24,000 nt of DNA from Feifania hominis (GTDB lineage: Bacteria > Bacillota > Clostridia > Oscillospirales > Feifaniaceae). Below are positions 14,979 through 23,298 of this stretch, piece after piece (position 1 is the stretch's first letter; every line of letters starts with the position of its first letter). The notes below the pieces were generated by a model. The model made no database searches. It saw only the letters and a program-made list of their open reading frames with translations, and was not told the origin of the DNA. The translations under genes were made by a program, and so were the position numbers. Location of the stretch: NCBI RefSeq assembly GCF_014384765.1, contig NZ_JACRSP010000001.1, positions 484,759 to 508,758 on the forward strand, read 5' to 3'.

Positions 14979-15765
14979 CTGCCTGCTGGTAGAGCGTGGC
15001 CTCGAGAAGAGCCGCGAACGCGCCCAGGCGGTGATTATGGCGGGCGACGTCTATGTAAACGGGCAGAAAGAGACAAAGGCCGGCACCAAATTTGATGAGG
15101 CCGTATCCATCGAGGTCCGGCAGCCGCTGCGCTATGTCAGCCGGGGCGGGCTGAAGCTGGAAAAGGCGATGAGCGTTTTTGACATTCAGCTGGACGGAAA
15201 GATCTGTATGGACATCGGTGCGTCCACCGGAGGCTTTACCGACTGTATGCTGCAAAACGGAGCCGCCAGGGTCTACGCTGTTGACGTGGGATACGGGCAG
15301 CTGGCTTGGGCGCTGCGGACCGATCCGCGTGTGGTCAATCTGGAGCGCACAAACATCCGCTATGTGACGGCCGAACAGGTACCGCAGCCACTCGACTTCT
15401 TCAGCGTCGACGTATCGTTCATCTCGCTGAAGCTGGTGCTGCCGGCGGCAAAGGCGCTGCTCCGGGACGATGCCAGAGGTGTCTGCCTGATCAAGCCCCA
15501 GTTTGAAGCCGGCCGTGACAAGGTCGGAAAAAAGGGTGTGGTACGCGATGAGGCGGTCCATTTGGAAGTGGTGTGCCGTGTGTGTGACTTTGCGCGGGAA
15601 ATGGGATTTTCCGTTTTGGGTGTGGACTTTTCGCCGGTCCGTGGGCCGGAGGGAAACATCGAATATCTGCTCTATTTGAGCAACGCCCCGCTTGAGGAGC
15701 CGCAGCTTGATTTGCCGGCTCTCGTGCGGCGCTCGCACGAACATTTTAAAACGGGAGCTGAATGA
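14956..15765 (+). CDS. tlyA: TlyA-family rRNA (cytidine-2'-O)-methyltransferase (hemolysin A-like)
   Basis: An N-terminal S4 domain (KKRLDCLLVERGLEKSRERAQAVIMAGDVYVNG) is followed by an FtsJ-type SAM motif DIGASTGGFTD. The GTG start overlaps the dxs 3' end by 23 nt. Confidence 0.85.
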   Translation: MSEKKRLDCLLVERGLEKSRERAQAVIMAGDVYVNGQKETKAGTKFDEAVSIEVRQPLRYVSRGGLKLEKAMSVFDIQLDGKICMDIGASTGGFTDCMLQNGAARVYAVDVGYGQLAWALRTDPRVVNLERTNIRYVTAEQVPQPLDFFSVDVSFISLKLVLPAAKALLRDDARGVCLIKPQFEAGRDKVGKKGVVRDEAVHLEVVCRVCDFAREMGFSVLGVDFSPVRGPEGNIEYLLYLSNAPLEEPQLDLPALVRRSHEHFKTGAE

Positions 15766-15766
15766 G

Positions 15767-16627
15767 ATGAAACTCGCCGTCATTCCGAACATCGACCGTG
15801 ACAAGGATTTAAACTTTACAGAAAAACTGCTCGCCTTTTTGCAGCCCTATGACGCAGAGGTCCTGATGGAGGAGTATTTCCGCGGTCGAGTCTCACGGGA
15901 CGTTCGCTTCTGCCCGCGTGAGACACTCTACCGCGAGGCCGACGCGGCAATCGCCATCGGCGGCGATGGGACATTTCTGCGCATCGCGCGCGCTGCAGCC
16001 GAGCACGATGTGGCCATCCTCGGCATCAATATGGGGCGTGTCGGTTATATGACAGAGCTCGAGCCGTCTGAGCTCGACCAGATCGCAAAGCTCTTTGCGG
16101 GAGACTACCGGGTAGAGGAGCGCATGATGCTCTCGGCATCGGTGCTTCGCGGCGGCGAGCGCGTCTATGAAAAGCTGGGTCTCAACGATGCGGTGGTTCA
16201 CAACGGTATGATCTCGCGCATTCTCGATATCGACCTCTACGCCGACGGCACCATCATGAACGCCTATCGGGCCGACGGTATCATCATCAGCACGCCGACC
16301 GGTTCCACCGCCTATTCCATGGCGGCCGGCGGGCCGATCGTCGATCCGGTGATGAACTGTCTGTCGGTCATCCCCATCTGTCCGCACTCGCTCTACTCAC
16401 GGGCGATCGTCTTTCCCGACACGGCAAAGGTCGAAGTGGTGCTGCCCCGGCTGCACGGCAAGGACGCTCTGCTGACGGTCGACGGCAGCGAGGGCTTTGC
16501 TGTCCGGCAGGGCGACCGGGTGTGCATACAAAAATCGGAGCAGAAAACAAAAATAATCAGGGTGAAAAAATCGTCTTTTTATGATACACTTTATAGGAAA
16601 CTAGCGGACAGAGGTGTACAGCGATGA
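15767..16627 (+). CDS. nadK: NAD kinase
   Basis: GGDGTFL and NDAVV motifs plus ADGIIISTPTGSTAYSMAAGGPIV. The ATG at 15767 follows GGGAG and lies just after the tlyA stop. The ORF-track start at 15692 is inside tlyA. Confidence 0.9.
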   Translation: MKLAVIPNIDRDKDLNFTEKLLAFLQPYDAEVLMEEYFRGRVSRDVRFCPRETLYREADAAIAIGGDGTFLRIARAAAEHDVAILGINMGRVGYMTELEPSELDQIAKLFAGDYRVEERMMLSASVLRGGERVYEKLGLNDAVVHNGMISRILDIDLYADGTIMNAYRADGIIISTPTGSTAYSMAAGGPIVDPVMNCLSVIPICPHSLYSRAIVFPDTAKVEVVLPRLHGKDALLTVDGSEGFAVRQGDRVCIQKSEQKTKIIRVKKSSFYDTLYRKLADRGVQR

Positions 16628-17076
16628 AGATGAAGCGCCATTCCAAGATTCTTGATATCATTCAAAACGAGTCCGTTGAGACCCAGGAGGCACTTGCCGA
16701 GCGTCTCAAGCAGGCCGGCTATAACGTGACGCAGGCCACGGTCTCGCGCGACATCAAGGAACTTCGTCTTTTGAAAGTGCAGGGGGAGGACGGCGCCTAT
16801 CGCTATGTCGCAGGCGTATCCGAGAACAAGCCGGAGACGCCGCCGAAGTACCGCACCATTCTTCTCGAGGCGGTGCTCAGCGTCGACTATTCGGGCAACA
16901 TCGTGGTCGTCAAATGCCACACCGGTATGGGAAATGCCGCGGCGGCGATCCTCGATTCGCTGCACTGGCCGTCGGTTGTCGGCTCCATTGCGGGCGACGA
17001 TACCATTATGTTCGTCATGCGAAGCGAGGAGGCCTCTGTGAAATTTGCGGCGGAACTTACGAAAATCATCCGCTGA
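16624..17076 (+). CDS. argR: Arginine repressor
   Basis: An N-terminal winged-helix region (RHSKILDIIQNESVETQEALAERLKQAGYNVTQATVSRDIKEL) and a C-terminal oligomerisation domain (GTIAGDDTI-type GSIAGDDTIMFV). ATGA overlap with the nadK stop. Confidence 0.9.
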   Translation: MKMKRHSKILDIIQNESVETQEALAERLKQAGYNVTQATVSRDIKELRLLKVQGEDGAYRYVAGVSENKPETPPKYRTILLEAVLSVDYSGNIVVVKCHTGMGNAAAAILDSLHWPSVVGSIAGDDTIMFVMRSEEASVKFAAELTKIIR

Positions 17077-17100
17077 AAGCCATGAGATGAGGGACGTGTA

Positions 17101-18798
17101 ATGCTGACAAAGCTTTACATTGAGAATATTGCGATCATCGAAACCGTCACCATCGACTTTGAGGACGGTTTTTCCGTGCTGACCGGTGAGACCGGCGCCG
17201 GCAAATCCATATTGATCGACGCGATCAACATGGTGCTCGGCGAGCGCTCTTCACGCGAGCTGATTCGCTCGGGAGCAAGATCCGCTCTTGTGATGGCCGA
17301 ATTTGAACACCTGCCGGTCGCGGCTCTTCACACACTCAGCGAAGCCGGATACGCTCCCGACGAGGAGGGAAAAGTCCTCCTTTCCCGGGAAATGACTGCG
17401 GACGGGAAGAACACCTGCCGCATTGGCGGCAGACCCGCGTCGGTGGCAGTGCTGCGTGAGGTGGGCGGCTATCTGGTCAACATCCACGGCCAGCACGACA
17501 ACCAGGCGCTGCTGCAGCCTGAGCAGCACATCCACTTTCTCGATCGCTACGCGGGCAATGCCGCGCTGCTGGCGCAGTACGGCGAAGCCTATCGCCGTGC
17601 AGTTTCACTTGAGCGGGAGATCGCGAAGCTCACCATGGACGACCAGGAGAAAAACCGCCGCATTGAGCTTCTGCGCTACCAGCTCGACGAGATCGCAGCT
17701 GCAGACTTGAAACCGGGTGAGGAACAGGAGCTCGCCGAAAAGCAGAGTTTGCTCGCAAATTCCCAGAGGATCATGGAGGGAGCGGGGGCCGCCTACCAGC
17801 TGCTCGCGGGCGATGAGGAGACGACCGCTCAGCAGCTTCTCGGACAGGCGTCAAAGGCGCTCGCATCCATTGCCGGATATGCGCCGAAGCTTTCGGAGCT
17901 CAGCGAGAGGACAACCGAGCTCTCGGTGCTGGCGCAGGATGTTGCGGGCGAGCTCGCCGACTTTCTGGCGGGCGCGGAGTGCGACCCCGGCGAACTCGAC
18001 CGGATTGAGCTTCGGCTCGATCAGATCTACAGACTCAAAAAGAAATACGGCGACAGCGTGGAGGAGATTTTGCAGTACGCCGATACCATCTCGGCTGAAC
18101 TCGATGAGATCACGTTTTCCGAGGAGAAGCTCACGAAGCTCAAGGCGCAATATGAGTCTGCGCGCGGTGAGATGATTCGCCTCGCACAGGAGCTCTGCGA
18201 AAGCCGCCGCGCCGCGGCGAAAGGCCTTGAGAGCGCCATCGCGCAGGAGCTTAGTTATCTCGATATGCCCAATGTCACCTTTGTCGTGCAGCAGGATATG
18301 CGATACTCCGGCGAGGCCATCGACTACGCCCCGCTGGGGTGTGATAAAATTGAATTTTTGATTTCCAGTAACTTGGGTCAGCAGGCGCGTCCGCTCGCCA
18401 AAATTGCCTCGGGCGGCGAACTGTCACGCACCATGCTTGCGCTCAAGAGCATTCTCGCCAAGGGCGACGATACATCGACGCTCATCTTCGACGAGATTGA
18501 CACGGGTGTGAGCGGCCGTGCGGCAGAAAAAATCGGCCGAAAGCTGCGGGCAATCGCAGCGGACAAGCAGGTGATCTGCGTGACGCATCTCTCGCAGATC
18601 GCAGCCCTTGCCGACCATCAGTACCTGATAGAGAAGACATCCGATCAGACGAGCACCCACACAGACGTAAGGCACCTCGACAGGGACGGGCGTGTGCGGG
18701 AACTTGCGCGGCTGATCAGCGGCGCGACCATCACTGAGCTTGCGCTGCGAAATGCACAGGAGATGCTCAACACGATTGAAAAATCATTGGAGGAATAG
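17101..18798 (+). CDS. recN: DNA repair protein RecN
   Basis: Walker A GETGAGKS, long coiled-coil middle region, ABC signature ASGGELSR and Walker [10 protein letters not shown]. 565 aa. Confidence 0.95.
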   Translation: MLTKLYIENIAIIETVTIDFEDGFSVLTGETGAGKSILIDAINMVLGERSSRELIRSGARSALVMAEFEHLPVAALHTLSEAGYAPDEEGKVLLSREMTADGKNTCRIGGRPASVAVLREVGGYLVNIHGQHDNQALLQPEQHIHFLDRYAGNAALLAQYGEAYRRAVSLEREIAKLTMDDQEKNRRIELLRYQLDEIAAADLKPGEEQELAEKQSLLANSQRIMEGAGAAYQLLAGDEETTAQQLLGQASKALASIAGYAPKLSELSERTTELSVLAQDVAGELADFLAGAECDPGELDRIELRLDQIYRLKKKYGDSVEEILQYADTISAELDEITFSEEKLTKLKAQYESARGEMIRLAQELCESRRAAAKGLESAIAQELSYLDMPNVTFVVQQDMRYSGEAIDYAPLGCDKIEFLISSNLGQQARPLAKIASGGELSRTMLALKSILAKGDDTSTLIFDEIDTGVSGRAAEKIGRKLRAIAADKQVICVTHLSQIAALADHQYLIEKTSDQTSTHTDVRHLDRDGRVRELARLISGATITELALRNAQEMLNTIEKSLEE

Positions 18799-18802
18799 AA
18801 AG

Positions 18803-20029
18803 ATGGGAGTTTTTCAGGAACTCAAAAGCCGCGGGCTCATCGCCCAGGCGACACATGAACAGGAGATTGAACAGCTTCTCGAAAAGGAGCATGTGACCTT
18901 TTACGTCGGCTTTGACCCGACTGCCGACAGTCTGCACATCGGCCACTATCTGCAGCTGCTCGTCATGAGCCACATGCAGCGCGCGGGGCATCGCCCGATC
19001 GCGCTCATCGGCGGCGGCACCGGCATGATCGGCGATCCGACCGGGCGGGCGGACATGCGCCAGATGATGACGGTAGAGACCATCGAGCACAACTGCGAGT
19101 GCTTCAAAAAGCAGATGTCGCGCCTTGTGGACTTCTCGGAGGGCAAAGCGCTGATGGTCAACAACGGCGACTGGCTTTTAAAACTCAACTACATCGATTT
19201 TCTGCGTGAGATCGGCGTGCACTTCTCGGTCAACAAGATGCTGACCTACGAGTGCTTCAAGAGCCGGTTTGAAAAGGGTCTGTCGTTTTTGGAGTTCAAC
19301 TACATGCCCATGCAGAGCTACGACTTTTTGACGCTCTACCGCAAGTATGGCTGCAGACTGCAACTCGGCGGAAACGACCAGTGGTCAAACATCATAGGCG
19401 GCGTTGAACTGATCCGCCGCATCGAGGGCGGCGAGGCCTATGGCATGACGTTCAACCTGCTGACTACCTCCGACGGCAAGAAGATGGGCAAGACTCAGAA
19501 AGGCGCCGTCTGGCTCGATGCGGACAAGTTTTCGCCCTACGACTTCTTCCAGTACTGGAGAAATGTCGACGACGGTGAAGTGGTTCGTTTTCTCAAGATG
19601 CTGACGTTTTTGCCGGTCGAGGAAATCGAGAGGGAGTACGCCCATCTTGAGGGGCAGCAGCTCAACCATGCCAAGGAAGTGCTCGCCTACGAGGTGACCA
19701 AACAGATCCACGGCGAGGAGGAGGCCAAAAAGGCCCTGAATGCGGCGAAAAACGTGTTTTCCGGCTCGGCGCACGACGAGAATATGCCGACCGCTGAAAT
19801 TGCGAAATCTGAGCTCGGGGAGGGTATTGGCATTCTCGATTTGCTCGTCAAGAGTAAAATTGCCCCCTCGAAGTCCGAGGCACGCCGTCTTGTCACACAG
19901 GGGGGCATCACGGTGAACGACAAGAAAGTGGACGACGCGGCGCAGCTGTTTACCGAGGGAGACTTCCACGGCGGATTCATCATTGTCAAAAAGGGCAAAA
20001 AGTCGGTTACCAAAGTCGTTTTGGCATAA
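18803..20029 (+). CDS. tyrS: Tyrosine--tRNA ligase
   Basis: HIGH motif (SLHIGHY), KMSKS variant (KKMGKT) and a C-terminal S4 domain ([17 protein letters not shown]). The ATG at 18803 has GGAGGA upstream, inside the recN 3' end. The ORF-track start at 18740 is inside recN. Confidence 0.95.
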   Translation: MGVFQELKSRGLIAQATHEQEIEQLLEKEHVTFYVGFDPTADSLHIGHYLQLLVMSHMQRAGHRPIALIGGGTGMIGDPTGRADMRQMMTVETIEHNCECFKKQMSRLVDFSEGKALMVNNGDWLLKLNYIDFLREIGVHFSVNKMLTYECFKSRFEKGLSFLEFNYMPMQSYDFLTLYRKYGCRLQLGGNDQWSNIIGGVELIRRIEGGEAYGMTFNLLTTSDGKKMGKTQKGAVWLDADKFSPYDFFQYWRNVDDGEVVRFLKMLTFLPVEEIEREYAHLEGQQLNHAKEVLAYEVTKQIHGEEEAKKALNAAKNVFSGSAHDENMPTAEIAKSELGEGIGILDLLVKSKIAPSKSEARRLVTQGGITVNDKKVDDAAQLFTEGDFHGGFIIVKKGKKSVTKVVLA

Positions 20030-20042
20030 AGATAAAAGAGAG

Positions 20043-20079
20043 ACCGGCACAGCAAAAATCGCTGTGCCGGTTATTTTTT
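20043..20079 (+). terminator. Rho-independent terminator after tyrS
   Basis: A perfect 11-bp stem (accggcacagc / gctgtgccggt) with loop aaaaatc, followed by tatttttt. Confidence 0.9.
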
Positions 20080-20081
20080 AT

Positions 20082-20150
20082 AGACTATCAAAATAGTCTT
20101 GACATTCTCAGACGATTGCGATAGTATGATGATAAACTATTGCAATAGTC
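20082..20150 (+). promoter_or_regulatory. Promoter plus palindromic operator candidates for the BlaI-family repressor operon
   Basis: TTGACA (20099-20104), 17 nt, then TAGTAT (20122-20127). A perfect inverted repeat AGACTAT-caaa-ATAGTCT (20082-20099) abuts the -35. An imperfect inverted repeat TTGCGATAGT...ACTATTGCAA (20116-20125 / 20136-20145) spans the -10. A perfect 12-bp palindrome CTATTGCAATAG lies at 20137-20148. ATAGT/ACTAT half-sites recur. Confidence 0.6.
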
Positions 20151-20167
20151 CAAAAGGAGAGAACCAT

Positions 20168-20539
20168 ATGGGAATCAAACTGTTTGACTCCGAGCTGAAA
20201 GTCATGGAGATACTCTGGAGAGAGGGTGATACCACGGCCAAACAGCTCTCGCTCAAGCTGGGTGAGAGTGTGGGCTGGAATAAGAACACAACCTATACTG
20301 TCATAAAGAAGTGTGTGGAAAAGGGCGCTATAGAGCGCCGGGAGCCCGATTTTCTCTGCCACGCGCTGATCACCAGGCAGCAGGCGCAGCAGCAGGAGGT
20401 GGACGAGCTGATCGATAAGCTGTTCGACGGCTCGGCCGAGGGCCTCTTCGCGGCGCTGCTGAGTCGTCGGGGTGTACCACAGGATGTGGTGCAGCGCCTG
20501 CGAGACGAGGTGGAGCGGGCGAGCGGAGGCGCAGTATGA
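20168..20539 (+). CDS. BlaI/MecI/CopY-family transcriptional repressor
   Basis: The 123-aa product has the winged-helix N-terminus SELKVMEILWREGDTTAKQLSLKL...WNKNTTYTVIKKCVEKGAIERRE typical of the penicillinase-repressor family. AAGGAGA RBS precedes the ATG at 20168. ATGA overlap with the downstream M56 gene. Confidence 0.8.
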   Translation: MGIKLFDSELKVMEILWREGDTTAKQLSLKLGESVGWNKNTTYTVIKKCVEKGAIERREPDFLCHALITRQQAQQQEVDELIDKLFDGSAEGLFAALLSRRGVPQDVVQRLRDEVERASGGAV

Positions 20540-22002
20540 TGCTTCTGAGCTTTGTTCAGACAACCGTTCTCGGCGGCGTGATGATTGCCGTGATTCTGCT
20601 TTTGCGTGCCGCGCTGAAAGGCCGCCTTGGCGCGGGACTTTTTCGTGTCCTGTGGGCTCTTGCGGCGCTGCGGCTGCTCATTCCGGCCGCCATTCGAGTT
20701 TCACTGCCGGTTTATCCGATATTGTCGTCACCTGTCACCGGGTCGGCGCACGGCTCCGACACCTTGACGCGCGAGCTTCTAGCGAAGCTGCCGGAGAATC
20801 TTCAAAGTGTTCTCCCAGCGGTACATGGTACGACAGCCGCAATACCGGCAGGCATGCTCTTCTGGCTTTTCGGCTGCGCAGCGGCGACCCTCTATTTCGC
20901 TGTGACCTATTGCCGCTGCAGAGCGGAACTTCGGACCTCTCTGCCCGCCGACTGTGCTGCGGTCAACTGCTGGATTTCCCGCCATGCCGTCACAAGAAAG
21001 ATTGAAGTGCGTGTCTCGGACAAAATTGCAACGCCGCTGACCTACGGCATTTTTCATCCCGTCATTCTGCTGCCAAAGCAGACAGACTGGACCGACGAGC
21101 GGCAGCTCGACTTTGTGCTCACCCATGAATGGGTGCACATCAGGCGATATGACGCGCTCTATAAGCTCATTCTCACCGCGGCGCTCTGCCTGCACTGGTG
21201 CAATCCGCTTGTCTGGGTGATGGCCCTTGTCGCAAACAGGGATTTGGAGCTCTCCTGTGACGAGCAGGTGCTGCGCGCAGCAGGGGAGCAGCAAAGACAG
21301 GCCTATGCGCTGACGCTGCTGACCCTGCAGGAACGCAGAAATCGCCGCACAACACTTTACAGCCACTTTGGGAAATACCCCATTGAAGAAAGGATAACTG
21401 CCATTATGAAATACAAAAAGACATCGCTTCTGGCGGTGGTTCTCGCGGTACTTTTGGCCGCCGCCATGACGACCGCTTTTGCCCTGATGCCCCAGCAGTC
21501 GGAGGAGCCCGCAGACGGCTCCGTACCGATCGCCCCGATTGAACCGGTCAGCAGCGGGGATTCCCCACCTTTGACAGGTGGGAAAACTCTGCTCTGCTGG
21601 CCTGCGGAGGACTGCTATCTGGTCACAGCGAGCTTTGGGCTCTCAAGGCCGGACGGCAGTGAGATGGACCACATCACCATCAGCGGAGAAAATGCCAGAC
21701 ATGCTCCCGTTTTGGCCGCTGCCGACGGTATAGTCAGCTTTGCGGACTTTGATGGAACGAACGGCAACTGCATCGTGATCGACCACATCAACGGACTGCG
21801 CACCGTATACTCCCACTGCGCCAAAATCGATGTCAAAAAGGGCGATACCGTCAAGGCGGGAGATGCCATTGCCACAATCGGCAGCTCAGGCAGCGCCACC
21901 GGCCCCTGTCTCGGCTTTGCCGTCTATGAAGATGACATCGCCTGCGACCCTGTTTCTCTGATGCCTGATTCCGTCATCGAAAAGCTCAGCTGCTTGAAGT
22001 AG
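20536..22002 (+). CDS. BlaR1/MecR1-like M56 membrane metalloprotease with a C-terminal degenerate LytM (M23) domain
   Basis: The N-terminal TM segments and zinc motif LTHEWVHIRRYD (HExxH) are typical of peptidase M56. After a further TM segment, the C-terminus (APVLAAADGIV...NGNCIVIDHINGLRTVYSHC...GDAIATIGSSGSATGPCLGFAV) aligns with the M23/LytM fold. However, HxxxD is replaced by HITIS and HLH by CLG. Confidence 0.75.
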   Translation: MMLLSFVQTTVLGGVMIAVILLLRAALKGRLGAGLFRVLWALAALRLLIPAAIRVSLPVYPILSSPVTGSAHGSDTLTRELLAKLPENLQSVLPAVHGTTAAIPAGMLFWLFGCAAATLYFAVTYCRCRAELRTSLPADCAAVNCWISRHAVTRKIEVRVSDKIATPLTYGIFHPVILLPKQTDWTDERQLDFVLTHEWVHIRRYDALYKLILTAALCLHWCNPLVWVMALVANRDLELSCDEQVLRAAGEQQRQAYALTLLTLQERRNRRTTLYSHFGKYPIEERITAIMKYKKTSLLAVVLAVLLAAAMTTAFALMPQQSEEPADGSVPIAPIEPVSSGDSPPLTGGKTLLCWPAEDCYLVTASFGLSRPDGSEMDHITISGENARHAPVLAAADGIVSFADFDGTNGNCIVIDHINGLRTVYSHCAKIDVKKGDTVKAGDAIATIGSSGSATGPCLGFAVYEDDIACDPVSLMPDSVIEKLSCLK

Positions 22003-22037
22003 AAAAAAGACTGCCGCCAAAAGGCGGCAGTCTTTTT
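22003..22037. terminator. Bidirectional rho-independent terminator between convergent genes
   Basis: A perfect 10-bp GC-rich stem (gactgccgcc / ggcggcagtc) with loop aaaa is flanked by an A-run upstream and a T-run downstream, so it could terminate transcription from either strand. Confidence 0.9.
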
Positions 22038-22044
22038 GTCGTGG

Positions 22045-22527
22045 TTATGATCTCACGGGAGCGGTGCCGAATGTCTGAGTGAGTTCGTCCTCCACCGAAT
22101 GGGTGCTGTGGGCGTCGCAGAGAACGGAGATTTCCGTCTCTGCCGTGGTAATCATGATGGCGTCGATACCCAGCGCATCGAGCTTTTCAAACACACCCGC
22201 CGCAGCGCCTGGCGTATGGCGCATCTGCTCCCCGCGAAAGACGATCTTGAGGTTTCCAGATGAGATGTCGCTCGAGAGCTCGGGGTGATCGCTTTTGTAG
22301 GAGCCCGCCACGCCGAGAACGGCGCCGAGCTGCTCGTCGGGGAGTGAAAAGGAGATGTTAATCGCGCCGCCGAGCGGCGCCGTCTGGGAGATCATATCAA
22401 TGTTGACGCCGGCGTCGGCAATGGCCTGCAGCAGAGCGGCAATCTCCTTCAGCGAGGAGGGGAAGTGGTTGAGGGTCACATGGGTCACACCCTCGGTCAA
22501 GAGAATTTCGGTGACGACTTGGTTCAC
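22045..22527 (-). CDS. Stand-alone tandem ACT-domain protein, resembling the aspartokinase regulatory (beta) subunit
   Basis: The 160-aa product has two ACT-like repeats. These are VTHVTLNHFPSSLKEIAALLQAIADAGVNIDMISQT... and LKIVFRGEQMRHTPGAAAGVFEKLDALGIDAIMITTAETEISVLC, and they resemble the C-terminal regulatory region of LysC. It lies 2 nt downstream of dapB. Confidence 0.6.
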   Translation of the reverse strand: MNQVVTEILLTEGVTHVTLNHFPSSLKEIAALLQAIADAGVNIDMISQTAPLGGAINISFSLPDEQLGAVLGVAGSYKSDHPELSSDISSGNLKIVFRGEQMRHTPGAAAGVFEKLDALGIDAIMITTAETEISVLCDAHSTHSVEDELTQTFGTAPVRS

Positions 22528-22529
22528 GG

Positions 22530-23288
22530 TTACACCTCCTGAATCAGATTGGACATGTTGTAAAGGCCCGGGCCCTTATTCTCCAGATACACAGCAGCCC
22601 TCAGAGCTCCCACTGCAAAGACCTCCTTGGAGGTGGCGGTGTGGCGCAGCTCAATGAGCTCATCCGTGCCGGCGAAGAGAATTTCGTGCTCGCCGACAAT
22701 GGTGCCGCCGCGCACCGAGGAGAAGCCGATGTCGTTTTTTTGCCGCCGCTCCCTTACGGCATGGCGGTCATAGACATAGCGCGGCTGTTCACTGAGCGCT
22801 TCGCGCATGGCATCGGCAAGCATGAGCGCTGTGCCGCTGGGTGCGTCGATCTTTTTGTTGTGGTGCCGCTCGATGATCTCAATGTCAAACTGATCCTGCA
22901 GGAGCGCAGCTGCTCTGCGGGCGAGGTCCGCGAGCAGATTGATGCCGATGGACATGTTGGCGCTGTGAAAGACGGCAATCCGTTTCGCTGCGGCCCTGAT
23001 TGCATCGAGCTGTTCGGGTGCGAGTCCGGTGGTACACATGACAAGCGGCGTTTCGGTGTCAAGTGCGTAGCGCAAAATGCCGTCAAAGGCGGAGGGGTGG
23101 GAAAAGTCGACGAGCACACCCTTGATCTCGGGCAGCTGCTCGGGGGAGGCGTAGATGGGAAAATCGGCAGCTCCCTGTGTGTTTTTGTCGAGCCCCGCCA
23201 CAATTTTCACACCGTGCGTCTCGCCGGCGAGTCGCGCAATGGTGCGACCCATGGCGCCGTTTGCGCCGCTGAGAATGATATGCGTCAT
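22530..23288 (-). CDS. dapB: 4-hydroxy-tetrahydrodipicolinate reductase
   Basis: N-terminal nucleotide-binding motif GANGAMGR and the hallmark ERHHNKKIDAPSGTA. The ATG at 23288 has GAGGG 8 nt upstream. The longer ORF-track start at 23345 would overlap dapA. Confidence 0.9.
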   Translation of the reverse strand: MTHIILSGANGAMGRTIARLAGETHGVKIVAGLDKNTQGAADFPIYASPEQLPEIKGVLVDFSHPSAFDGILRYALDTETPLVMCTTGLAPEQLDAIRAAAKRIAVFHSANMSIGINLLADLARRAAALLQDQFDIEIIERHHNKKIDAPSGTALMLADAMREALSEQPRYVYDRHAVRERRQKNDIGFSSVRGGTIVGEHEILFAGTDELIELRHTATSKEVFAVGALRAAVYLENKGPGLYNMSNLIQEV

Positions 23289-23298
23289 GGCAGCGCCC

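Noticed and set aside
14911-15804. 297-aa ORF on the - strand opposite tlyA
   Set aside because: This is a shadow ORF in high-GC DNA. It fully overlaps a gene with clear S4 and FtsJ methyltransferase motifs, and its own translation is low-complexity and Arg/His/Gln-rich with no recognisable domain or RBS.
19385-20050. 221-aa and 122-aa ORFs on the - strand opposite tyrS
   Set aside because: They are antisense shadows of a confidently identified tyrS. They would also start inside the tyrS terminator hairpin, and they have no motifs.
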